Origin: Candidatus Latescibacterota bacterium
GTDB lineage: Bacteria > Latescibacterota > UBA2968 > UBA8231
Assembly (NCBI GenBank): GCA_965205655.1
Contig: CBDBIJ010000054.1
Span: 1 to 31,263, forward strand
Direction of reading: 5' to 3'
DNA length: 31,263 bases
Part shown: in pieces, positions 18,170-26,294 of the stretch
How the letters are laid out: the number at the start of each line of letters is the position of its first letter
How positions within the stretch are numbered: position 1 is the first letter of the stretch
The notes under the pieces: model-generated
Database searches by the model: none
The model's input: only the letters and a program-made list of their open reading frames with translations
Told to the model about the DNA's origin: nothing
Translations under genes and position numbers: made by a program

Positions 18170-18892
18170 ATGGCCACGCTCGGTTACGACGACACGCCGA
18201 TCCAGCCCGGCTCAAAGTGGCGGGTTCACGACTCCAGCCGCCCGCAACCGCGGGTGGTTGCGCCGGGTATGGGTACCGAACGCCCGTCAGATGCCACTGC
18301 ACTCTTCGACGGCACCGATCTGTCCGGCTGGAGAGGGCGGGACGGGGAGGCGCAGTGGAAGGTGGAGAACGGGTACATGGAAGTTACTCCGACTGGCGAC
18401 ATCGAAACAGTGGAACATTTCGGCGACTGCCAGCTCCACGTGGAGTGGGCGGCTCCAGCCGTCGTCGAGGGGGACAGCCAGGGACGCGGCAACAGTGGCG
18501 TGTTTCTGTCTGGACTGTACGAGATCCAGGTACTCGATTGTTACGACAACCCCACCTATGCCGATGGAGCGACGGGGGCCGTCTACGGACAGTATCCGCC
18601 GCTGGTAAACGCCTGCCGCCCGCCGGGCGAGTGGCAGACCTACGACGTCATCTTCGAGTCGCCCCGGTGGGAGGGCGGCAAGCTCTCCAAGCCCGGCTTC
18701 ATGACAGTTTTGCAGAACGGGATCCTCCTGCACCATCGTCAGGAGATGCGTGGTCCTACCACTCACAAGAACCTGACGCACTACGACACGCCTCACCCGC
18801 CTCTGGGACCACTCAAGCTTCAGGACCATGGCAACCCGGTGCGCTACCGCAACATCTGGATCCGCGCGCTCACGGGCTACGACGAGTGCTAA
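18170..18892 (+). CDS. DUF1080 / 3-keto-disaccharide hydrolase family protein
   Basis: Motifs LFDGTDLSGW, WKVENG, FGDCQLHVEW, GNSGVF, YEIQVLD, GEWQTYD and LQDHGNPVRYRNIW. GGAG RBS. Confidence 0.92.
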   Translation: MATLGYDDTPIQPGSKWRVHDSSRPQPRVVAPGMGTERPSDATALFDGTDLSGWRGRDGEAQWKVENGYMEVTPTGDIETVEHFGDCQLHVEWAAPAVVEGDSQGRGNSGVFLSGLYEIQVLDCYDNPTYADGATGAVYGQYPPLVNACRPPGEWQTYDVIFESPRWEGGKLSKPGFMTVLQNGILLHHRQEMRGPTTHKNLTHYDTPHPPLGPLKLQDHGNPVRYRNIWIRALTGYDEC

Positions 18893-19463
18893 CTGGCGTC
18901 GACCCGGTCGGCACTTTCGTTCCGAAGACATAGTCCCAGAACGGGGACGTGACTCCGAAGCCGAGGGAATCGTCGCCGAAGTGGTGCCGCAAGTGGCGCC
19001 TTCCGAGCCAGCCCAGCGGGCCCGATCCCCTTCGAGGCGCCTTGCTGTGAATCAAATAGTGAACACCATCGTAGAGCAGGTACCCCACTGCGAAGCCGGC
19101 GAAGAAGGGGGCTGCATGGAGCGGGCCCATGACGAGCCGAAACAGCAGGTAGAAAAGGGCCGCCAACGGCAAGCTGACCGCCGGTGACATGACGACGTGC
19201 CGCAAGTCGTTGGGGCGGTCGTGGTGACGGCCGTGGAAGAGGTCGTGCAGGCGAACGCCGATGACGGAACGCGGCTCATAGTGAAAAACGGCCCGGTGAA
19301 TGACGTATTCAGCCAGTGTCCAGGTGACGAGTCCTCCGCACACCAGCGCCACTATCACCGGCCACGATATCGACTCACTCGACATGGCGGAAACGAAGCA
19401 GTAAGAGGCGATGGGTGTGAAGATGATGGGCGGCGTGTACGGATGGGAGCTGATTCGCGTCAT
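18870..19463 (-). CDS. Fatty acid hydroxylase / sterol desaturase superfamily protein (FA2H-like)
   Basis: His boxes EYVIHRAVFH, HGRHH, YDGVHYLIH and HLRHH, plus FGVTSPFWDYVFGT. Start placed at ATG 19463 because the track's upstream extension overlaps the Nudix gene. Confidence 0.88.
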   Translation of the reverse strand: MTRISSHPYTPPIIFTPIASYCFVSAMSSESISWPVIVALVCGGLVTWTLAEYVIHRAVFHYEPRSVIGVRLHDLFHGRHHDRPNDLRHVVMSPAVSLPLAALFYLLFRLVMGPLHAAPFFAGFAVGYLLYDGVHYLIHSKAPRRGSGPLGWLGRRHLRHHFGDDSLGFGVTSPFWDYVFGTKVPTGSTPVSTRRSP

Positions 19464-19474
19464 GAGATCGTTCG

Positions 19475-20095
19475 CTACCGCGAGCCGGGTACATCGACCC
19501 CCAGCAGCTGGAGGAAGCGGGTGACGAAGCGGTAGGTCACGCCCCACAGCAGCGGCCGTCCCGGCCCCATGAGATCGATTGCCGGAAACGCCCGCCCCCC
19601 CTCGAGTATGAACTCCGTTTGCCGCTCGGGGTCGACGAGGTCGGCCGCGGGGAACCAGAAAGCGGCGTTGACCTCGTAATTCAGGGTCAGGGAAACCGGG
19701 CCACCCAGGCCGTAGACGAAAGCGGAAACGAGGACGGGGATCGTAGCGGTGGAGATGTCGTCGAGGCGACCGAGATACTCGGCGGCATCGAGCTCCAAGC
19801 CGATTTCCTCGAGAGTCTCGCGCTCGGCAGTCAGGCGCGGATCTGTTTCGGAGGGATCCATCTTTCCCCCTGGAAAGGCGATGTGTCCGGACCACGGGTC
19901 ATCCCCTCGCGTCGAGCGCTCGATGAACAGGATGCGAATCGCCGCCGCCGCCTCCGTCGCCGCGTCGGGAGGCGCTTCGTCGAGGAGACAGGCCACGGCA
20001 GCGCGAGGTTTGCCGTCGTCGCCAACGACATCCGGGCTGTGCCCATTCATGACATGCCGCGCCTTCTCCAGGGACAGATTCGCTGTACCGGTCAT
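19475..20095 (-). CDS. Nudix hydrolase, CoA pyrophosphatase (NudL/PCD1) subfamily
   Basis: ILFIERS...DPWSGHIAFPGG, Nudix box TAERETLEEIGL, and LWGVTYR. Confidence 0.9.
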   Translation of the reverse strand: MTGTANLSLEKARHVMNGHSPDVVGDDGKPRAAVACLLDEAPPDAATEAAAAIRILFIERSTRGDDPWSGHIAFPGGKMDPSETDPRLTAERETLEEIGLELDAAEYLGRLDDISTATIPVLVSAFVYGLGGPVSLTLNYEVNAAFWFPAADLVDPERQTEFILEGGRAFPAIDLMGPGRPLLWGVTYRFVTRFLQLLGVDVPGSR

Positions 20096-20324
20096 GGCGG
20101 ATCGCTCCGAGCCGTAGCCGACGTGGCGGTGGCGGCGATGATAAGGCAGGCCAGATTGGGGTCAGGCATGCACGCGAAGATAGCCCAAACTGCGCTGGTG
20201 TCAGGATACTCGATTGTCGTATATGATTGTCGTATACTGACTGGCTGCTTGTGGATGGTGAGCAACCTTCTCGAAGGCAGCCGCGCCGTCGCCGACGGCG
20301 GCGCAGGCGAAAGAATCGAAGGGA

Positions 20325-21660
20325 ATGGCCGAGGAAGCGACTGAAACGCACGTACACGAGCTGGGACTCATCGTTCAGCAGCCCGGCAAGGCGGAGCAGA
20401 CCCTCGCCAAGTTTCTGAAACTGCTGCTCAGCTACAAGTACGGCTTGCCGACCCAGATCCAGGATGACTACACCCGTGTTTCGGGCGTCATTCGCAAGAG
20501 TGGCGAGGCAATTCGCTGCGTCGTCGTGATTCAAAGGCAGGCGGTGAGCGCCCGCAGCACGATACCGGTGCTCGGCAACAAGGGACAGATCCCTCTGTTT
20601 TTGATCCTCCCGGGCTACGTCGCCAAGGAACAGAGCGAAGAGTGCGCCGGTCTCGAAAACGTGTATGTCTGCCCGTGGGAGATGGCCTTCACGACCGGCC
20701 AGGGGTTGCTGCAGCAGCTGGTGGCGACCGGTTTGCAGAGCAGCCAGATGGAAGAGCTGGTCACCGGTGAGGTGGACACGCAGGAGCTCGAGGAACGCAT
20801 CCGCGACAGGCTCGACCAGCTCGACACCCTGCCCACGCTTCCCTCGATCGTTCTCCACATCATGCGTCTCGTCAACGATCCCAAGACGACGATGGCGCAG
20901 CTCGAAGAGCTGCTGTCGTCCGATCCGGCGGTGGTTCTGAAGGTCGTACAGGTGGCGAACTCGCCGATGTTCGCGGGCGCGACCTCGCGCCGGTGGAACC
21001 TGCAACGAAGCGATCGTGCGTCTCGGCCTGAGAAAGGTCGGGGCCATCGCGCAGCAGATCGCCTTGATCAACAGCTTCGTGCGGCCGGAGGACAGCGAGT
21101 TCGAGATGCAGCGATTCTGGGAGCACTCGGTGGCCTGTGCCCTCATCGTCGACAAGATGTGCGAGCAGGAGCTCGTCACGTTGACGCAGAAAGTCGAATT
21201 CAACGAGTACTGGGTGGCCGCCCTCCTGCACGACTGTGGCAAGATGATTCAGGGGTTCTTCTTCTGGGAGTGGTTCGACCGAATCGTGCGCACCATGGAG
21301 TCGGATAGCAGCACCTTCCACGAAGCGGAGAACGAACTCTCCGGTGGCATGGTCAGCCACGAATTCATCGGCGAGCTGCTGTTGCAGAAATCGAGCATGC
21401 CGGGCGAGCTGGTGGCAGCCGTCGGCCTGCACCACGCCACCGGGGACCTGCCCCCGCCCCTCGTTGCCCTTGTCCATGTGGCAAACAACATCACCAAGGA
21501 AATCGGCATGGGGTACTCGGAGGGTGAACGGGCCAACTACACCGACGGCGCCTTCAAGACCCTCAAGATCGGCCCCCAGATCATACGCCACCTGAAGGCC
21601 GTCATGAGCGATGAGGTCGTAGCCCAGGTGAAGCAGCTCGTGCGCCAGTGCATGAGCTGA
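20325..21660 (+). pseudogene. HDOD-domain signalling protein with an N-terminal receiver-like region, split by a +1 frameshift near 21003-21006
   Basis: First frame: LPTLPSIV...LSSDPAVVLKVVQVANSP. Second frame: AIVRLG...FWEHS...ALLHDCGK...SHEFIG...AVGLHH. Removing one C from ctgcaacgaagcg restores L(N/Q)EAIVRLG, giving ~444 aa. Confidence 0.85.
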
Positions 21661-21706
21661 TACCTATCAATGTAATTCTTTTACTAACAGCATGTTATGT
21701 AGAATA

Positions 21707-21735
21707 GCCTCGCGGGAAACCGCGGGCCTTTTTTT
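21707..21735 (+). terminator. Rho-independent terminator after the HDOD gene
   Basis: GCCtCGCGG-GAAA-CCGCGGGC stem with a GNRA loop, followed by cTTTTTTT. Confidence 0.8.
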
Positions 21736-21736
21736 G

Positions 21737-21765
21737 TTGACACGGACACCTGGGAAGACTATACA
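21737..21765 (+). promoter_or_regulatory. Sigma70-type promoter of the imuB-like/dnaE2 cassette
   Basis: Perfect -35 TTGACA (21737-21742), a 17-bp spacer, and -10-like TATACA (21760-21765). Confidence 0.6.
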
Positions 21766-21775
21766 TATGTGCAGT
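21758..21775. promoter_or_regulatory. Candidate LexA (SOS) operator overlapping the -10 element
   Basis: Imperfect palindrome ACTATACATATGTGCAGT (14 of 18 positions self-complementary) directly upstream of SOS-type polymerase genes. Confidence 0.55.
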
Positions 21776-21794
21776 TATCGGACAGCTCAGCGAA

Positions 21795-23042
21795 ATGCAG
21801 ACAGGGCTCGCAATAATGTACATACCGCACATGCCGGATGGGTCGAACACCAGCGCACGGCCGCGGCCGCCGCTCTACCTGGCGATCGACGTCGACCAGC
21901 TGGCGGCGCAGGCGATTGCGGCAGACAGACCGGAGCTGCGCCAGCGCCCGTTCGCCGTCGTGCGCCAGAGCGCGAAGAGTCACAAGGCGGCCGTCTTCGC
22001 CTGCTCGAAGACGGCGCGGGACCTGGGCGTGGAGTTGGGCATGCCGGTGTTCGCGATGAGGCGGAAATGGCGAAACCGAATCGCCACCGTGGGCCGGGAT
22101 GAAAACATGGAGCAGCGGCTACTCGAGCGGCTCTCGCAAGTCCTCCTCGACTACACCCCTAGGTTCGAGCTGGACGGTCGAGCTCACTGCCTGCTCGATC
22201 TGACCGGGACGCCGGCCCAGCGGCAGATGCCGTGGCCGCAGATCGCCGCCGCGGTTGCCGGCTCCGTACAACAGCGCACCGGACTCCTGGAGGTGGCCGT
22301 GGGCCTATCACAGAATCGGTTGATCGCGAGGGTGATCGCGCGACGAGCGCGACCATGCGGCGTGTCGATATGCGACCCCGCAGAGGAGCTCGGAGTGCTG
22401 GCGGCAACTCAGCTCGACCACCTTCCCGGACTCTCCAGTTCGTGCCGCCACCGAGCGCGGATGTACGGGATCGACCGGGTGGGTCAGCTCCGGCCGCTTC
22501 GACGCGCCGCGCTCGTGAAGCGCTTCGGCCGCGACGACGGAGAAAAGCTCTACGGGCTGGCGCGAGGCGTGGACGCCGGAGCACGGGCGGTGCCTCGGCA
22601 ATCGGTCCAGGCCGAGACCGTGCTCGATCGCGACATCAACGACGCCGAGGCGTTGCAGGCGTGCGCGCGCTACACGGTGGACAAGCTGTGCCACGAGTTG
22701 CGGCGGCGCGGCATGCTGGCGCGGGGAATAAGACTCGTCCTGCGCTACACCGACAACAGGAGCGCCCAGGCGTCGCGGATCCTGGGCTGCGCCACCGACG
22801 ATTTCGAGACGCTGCTGGCGGCTACGACAGCACTGTTCGAAACCGCCTACCGGCGCCGGGTGGCGATCAGGTCCATGTGCGTGGCAGTGAGCCGGCCCGG
22901 ACGCGGCTCCGGCCAGATCGACCTCTTCGAACACAACCGGCAGCGCCAACAGGGGTCCCTCGGGCGGGCGCTCACCGCCATTCGCGAGCGAGGCGGCTTC
23001 GGAGCCGTGGTGAGTGCGGCCAACATCTCGATGGCTCATTGA
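21795..23042 (+). CDS. Catalytically degenerate Y-family DNA polymerase homolog (DinB-like, ImuB-type)
   Basis: IMS fold motifs LAIDVD, PFAVV, ACSKTARDLGVELGM, YTP, VGLSQNRLIA, LPGL and the little-finger RYTD. The catalytic SIDE motif is replaced by GRAH. Clamp motif QIDLF. Start uncertain (21795, 21816 or 21831). Confidence 0.85.
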   Translation: MQTGLAIMYIPHMPDGSNTSARPRPPLYLAIDVDQLAAQAIAADRPELRQRPFAVVRQSAKSHKAAVFACSKTARDLGVELGMPVFAMRRKWRNRIATVGRDENMEQRLLERLSQVLLDYTPRFELDGRAHCLLDLTGTPAQRQMPWPQIAAAVAGSVQQRTGLLEVAVGLSQNRLIARVIARRARPCGVSICDPAEELGVLAATQLDHLPGLSSSCRHRARMYGIDRVGQLRPLRRAALVKRFGRDDGEKLYGLARGVDAGARAVPRQSVQAETVLDRDINDAEALQACARYTVDKLCHELRRRGMLARGIRLVLRYTDNRSAQASRILGCATDDFETLLAATTALFETAYRRRVAIRSMCVAVSRPGRGSGQIDLFEHNRQRQQGSLGRALTAIRERGGFGAVVSAANISMAH

Positions 23043-23043
23043 C

Positions 23044-26000
23044 ATGGGGTTCGCCCACCTGCACTGCCACTCGGAGTTTTCGTTCCACGCCGGCGTTCCC
23101 AGCATACCGGAGCTCGCGGGGAGGGCAAAGGAGCTGGGGATGCCGGCCGTGGCCCTGACGGACACGGACAGGATGAGCGGCCTCATCCAGCTGTACATGG
23201 AGTGCCGCCGGCGCCACATCAAGCCGATCCTCGGCGTTGAGCTGACCGAGTCGCGGCGCACCGCCTCCCCACCGACTTCGGACGACCACACCGTAACCGA
23301 CACGCCGCTGGCGCCGGTGGACGGCGCCGGGGTGGCCGGCCGCGAGCGCCTGGTACTGCTGGCGAAAAACGCGGCCGGCTACACCGAGCTGTGCGACATC
23401 ATCACCCAGCGCCACCTGTCGCCAGATTTCTCGTTCGATGAGCTGCTGTCGTCGAGCTGGCCGAACCTTTTCGTCATCACCGCGTTCCCCCGAATTCTCG
23501 AGCTGGCGGCCAACGGGCCGAACAGGGCGGGTCTGTTCGGCGAGCTCGTGAGTCACTCGGCCGCGACGCGCAGACGCAGCCGCGATCTGGCGGGGCGCGC
23601 GCGGGCGCTCCACCTGCCCATGGTGGCCACGAACGACACCTTCTTTCTCGACCGAGACGATTTTCCGACCCATCAGATTCTGACGGCCATCGGTCTCAAC
23701 GCCGCGCTCTCGATGCTGGCGCATGGGGAGTGCGCCTCGATTGACGCCACTTTCCGCACGGAGGAGGAGATGCGGCGGGCTTTCCCCGAGCATCCGGAGG
23801 CGCTGCTCAACGCCGGCCGCATCGCCGATGAATGCAACGTAGAGCTCGAGCTCGGCGAGTGGATCCTGCCCAAGGCTTCGGTGCCGGCCGGCTACACGCC
23901 GGAGTCCTACCTGTCCGAACTGGCCTGGCACGGCCTCGAGCGGAATTATCCGGACGAGCGGACGCCGACCGGCTCCAAGGCCCGTGAGGTCCAGGCCATG
24001 GAGCTGGAGGTCATCTCCAAGCTCGGATACCCGTCCTACTTCCTCATGGTCAAGGAGATCCGCGACTGGGGAAACGAGCGCTTCCGCAGCCGTTACAGGC
24101 GGCCGCAGGACTGCACGATCCTCCGGGGCAGCGCCGCGAACTCGATCACCTTCTACAACATCGGCGTCAGCGATCTCGATCCGATCCGCTACGATCTCTA
24201 CTTCCAGCGTTTTCTCAACGAGGATCGGGCCTCGCCGCCCGACGCCGATCTCGACTTCGGCTGGGACGAGCGGGACGAGGTGTTCGAATACCTCGTCAGC
24301 AGGTGGGGCGAGGATCGGGTGGCGGTGACCTGCACGACGAACCACTTCCGCGAGCGGGCGGCATTCCGCGAAACGGCGAAGGTCTTCGGCTACACGGAGG
24401 AGCAGATCACGGCAATCCTCGCGAGTCAGAGAGCGGCGACGCAGCGGATAGAGGACGATGAGATCCGCCGCCTGTGGGAGATCGCCGAGCGCGTTCGCGG
24501 CAAGCCCCGTTTTCTGGGCCAGCATCCCGGCGGCGTGCTGATCACCAACGATCCCATACGGCCCCACGTGGCCTGCGAGCGCTCAGGAGGCGAAAAGAAC
24601 AGGATCATCACCCAGATCGACATGCACAACGGCATCGACGAGCTCGGCCTCATCAAGTTCGACATTCTCGGAAACGGGTCGCTTTCGGTGCTGCGCGACA
24701 CCCTGGCGCAGCTCGAGGAGCAGGGGCTCGAGGACCCCGAGGTCTGGGACCTGGAAAAATGCTACGCCGACGAAAAAGTGAAGGACGTGATCCGCAAGGG
24801 GAGGACGAAGGGGATATTCTACATCGAGAGCCCGGCGCAGCGACGGCTGAATCAAAAAGCGCAGGCCGAGACCTTCGAGGAGATCACGATCACGTCGAGC
24901 CTGGTGCGGCCCGCCGGATCGAAGTACACCCAGGTCTTCGTGGAGCGCGAGCGCAAGCGGAAGCGGGGGATCCGGGACTGGGAGTTCGTCCACCCCTCCG
25001 TCGAGGAGATCCTGCGCGACACCCACGACGTGTGCGCTTTTCAGGAGGACGTCACTAAGATCTGCCATCAGGTGGCGGGGCTCGGTTTCAAGCAGGCCGA
25101 CAAGATCCGCAAGATGATGAACAGCCAGCACGAGGGCGCGCCCGACGACGATGCGTGGCGGGAAACGGCGCGGGCATTTCTGAGCGGCTGCCGGCAGCGC
25201 AGCGGGCTCGATGCCGCTCAGGCGCGCGAGCTGTGGGAGCGTGTCAGTTCCTTCACCGGCTTCAGTTTCTGCAAATCCCACAGCGCCACCTACGCCCAAC
25301 TGTCGTTTCAGTGCACCTCGCTCAAGGCGCACTTTCCGGCCCAGTTCATCGCCGCCGTGATCAGCAACGGCCACGGGTTCTATCGCAAAGACGTCTATCT
25401 CAACGAGGCCCGGCGTTGGGGGGTGCGGGTGTTGCCGCTGGACATCAACGACTCGGCGATAAAGTTCCGCGGCCGCGACTGCCTGATGCGTCCGGGCTTC
25501 ATGCACGTTCGCGGCGTGCGAGCAAGCTGCCTCGATGAGCTCGTCGAGAAACGCGGCCGCAACGGGCCCTTCCGCGATCTCGTCGACTTCGTCGAGCGTG
25601 TCGAGGGGGCGCATCGCTTGGAGATCGAGCGGCTGATACGGGTGGGGGCGTTCGACTGTTTCCAGCTCACGCAACCGCAGTCGCTCTACGTCTTGGACGA
25701 TATCCTCACCGCAGGGAGGCCAGAGGCGCAGGCGGACCTTTTCGCCGCGGGCGACTGCCTGCTCCAGACCGGCCAGCTGGCGCCGCGCGATCTGACGGAC
25801 TACAACCTGGCCCAGAAGTGTCTCAACGAACTGGAGCTCCTCGGGTACATGCTGTCGGGGGATGTCCTGGAGATATTGCAGCTCCACCCAGGGGCCAGCG
25901 GCGCCGTGCCGGCCCGCGAGGTCCACCGGCACGTCGGACAGCGAATCAAACTGTTCGGAAAGGAGGTGACGGAGCGCATGCACCGCGTGGAGCGGGGCGA

Positions 26001-26283
26001 GCCGATGATGTTTCTGACGCTCGAGGACAACACGGAGAGCGTCGACGTCGTTCTGTGGCCGGATGTGTTTGAGCGTTTCGCCGACGTGGTCGCAGGACCA
26101 GGTCCGTTCGAAGTGTGGGGACGGGTCACCGAGGACTGGGGCACTTATACAGTGGATGCAGACTCCATCCGCGCCGTGGAATGGTCCCCGAACGTCGTCG
26201 ATCTGGATCTGGCGTCACAGCGACTGGCGAGGTCCTTCGAAGGGGATTTCGCCTACGCAGACGTGGACACCGCCGCGGCCTAG
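23044..26283 (+). CDS. dnaE2: Error-prone DNA polymerase III alpha subunit, DnaE2 type
   Basis: PHP start FAHLHCHSEFS, then ALTDT, RGSAANS, catalytic PPDADLDF, HPGG, KFDILG, FQE, FCKSHS and a C-terminal OB fold (MMFLTLED). ATG lies 1 nt after the stop of the ImuB-like gene. Confidence 0.92.
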   Translation: MGFAHLHCHSEFSFHAGVPSIPELAGRAKELGMPAVALTDTDRMSGLIQLYMECRRRHIKPILGVELTESRRTASPPTSDDHTVTDTPLAPVDGAGVAGRERLVLLAKNAAGYTELCDIITQRHLSPDFSFDELLSSSWPNLFVITAFPRILELAANGPNRAGLFGELVSHSAATRRRSRDLAGRARALHLPMVATNDTFFLDRDDFPTHQILTAIGLNAALSMLAHGECASIDATFRTEEEMRRAFPEHPEALLNAGRIADECNVELELGEWILPKASVPAGYTPESYLSELAWHGLERNYPDERTPTGSKAREVQAMELEVISKLGYPSYFLMVKEIRDWGNERFRSRYRRPQDCTILRGSAANSITFYNIGVSDLDPIRYDLYFQRFLNEDRASPPDADLDFGWDERDEVFEYLVSRWGEDRVAVTCTTNHFRERAAFRETAKVFGYTEEQITAILASQRAATQRIEDDEIRRLWEIAERVRGKPRFLGQHPGGVLITNDPIRPHVACERSGGEKNRIITQIDMHNGIDELGLIKFDILGNGSLSVLRDTLAQLEEQGLEDPEVWDLEKCYADEKVKDVIRKGRTKGIFYIESPAQRRLNQKAQAETFEEITITSSLVRPAGSKYTQVFVERERKRKRGIRDWEFVHPSVEEILRDTHDVCAFQEDVTKICHQVAGLGFKQADKIRKMMNSQHEGAPDDDAWRETARAFLSGCRQRSGLDAAQARELWERVSSFTGFSFCKSHSATYAQLSFQCTSLKAHFPAQFIAAVISNGHGFYRKDVYLNEARRWGVRVLPLDINDSAIKFRGRDCLMRPGFMHVRGVRASCLDELVEKRGRNGPFRDLVDFVERVEGAHRLEIERLIRVGAFDCFQLTQPQSLYVLDDILTAGRPEAQADLFAAGDCLLQTGQLAPRDLTDYNLAQKCLNELELLGYMLSGDVLEILQLHPGASGAVPAREVHRHVGQRIKLFGKEVTERMHRVERGEPMMFLTLEDNTESVDVVLWPDVFERFADVVAGPGPFEVWGRVTEDWGTYTVDADSIRAVEWSPNVVDLDLASQRLARSFEGDFAYADVDTAAA

Positions 26284-26294
26284 GGGCCATGCGA

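Noticed and set aside
19464..19895. N-terminal extension of the hydroxylase ORF given in the track (341 aa)
   Set aside because: It overlaps the Nudix gene in another frame and reads as Arg/Pro-rich non-coding translation.
19899..21591. Minus-strand ORFs of 447 and 239 aa
   Set aside because: These are antisense shadows of the HDOD gene.
21682..21700. Integron (attC array) suggested by TACTAAC...GTTATGT
   Set aside because: There is a single site with only 5 nt between the boxes, no intI and no repeated cassette boundaries. Kept only as a low-confidence recombinase-site-like finding.
22308..25983. Long minus-strand ORFs (331, 531 and 466 aa) opposite imuB-like/dnaE2
   Set aside because: These are antisense shadows typical of high-GC codon bias, with no recognisable motifs and full overlap with clear genes.
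23044..26283. Intein in, or replicative role for, the DnaE
   Set aside because: The length (~1079 aa) is normal and there are no intein splice motifs. The operon context and short C-terminus indicate DnaE2.
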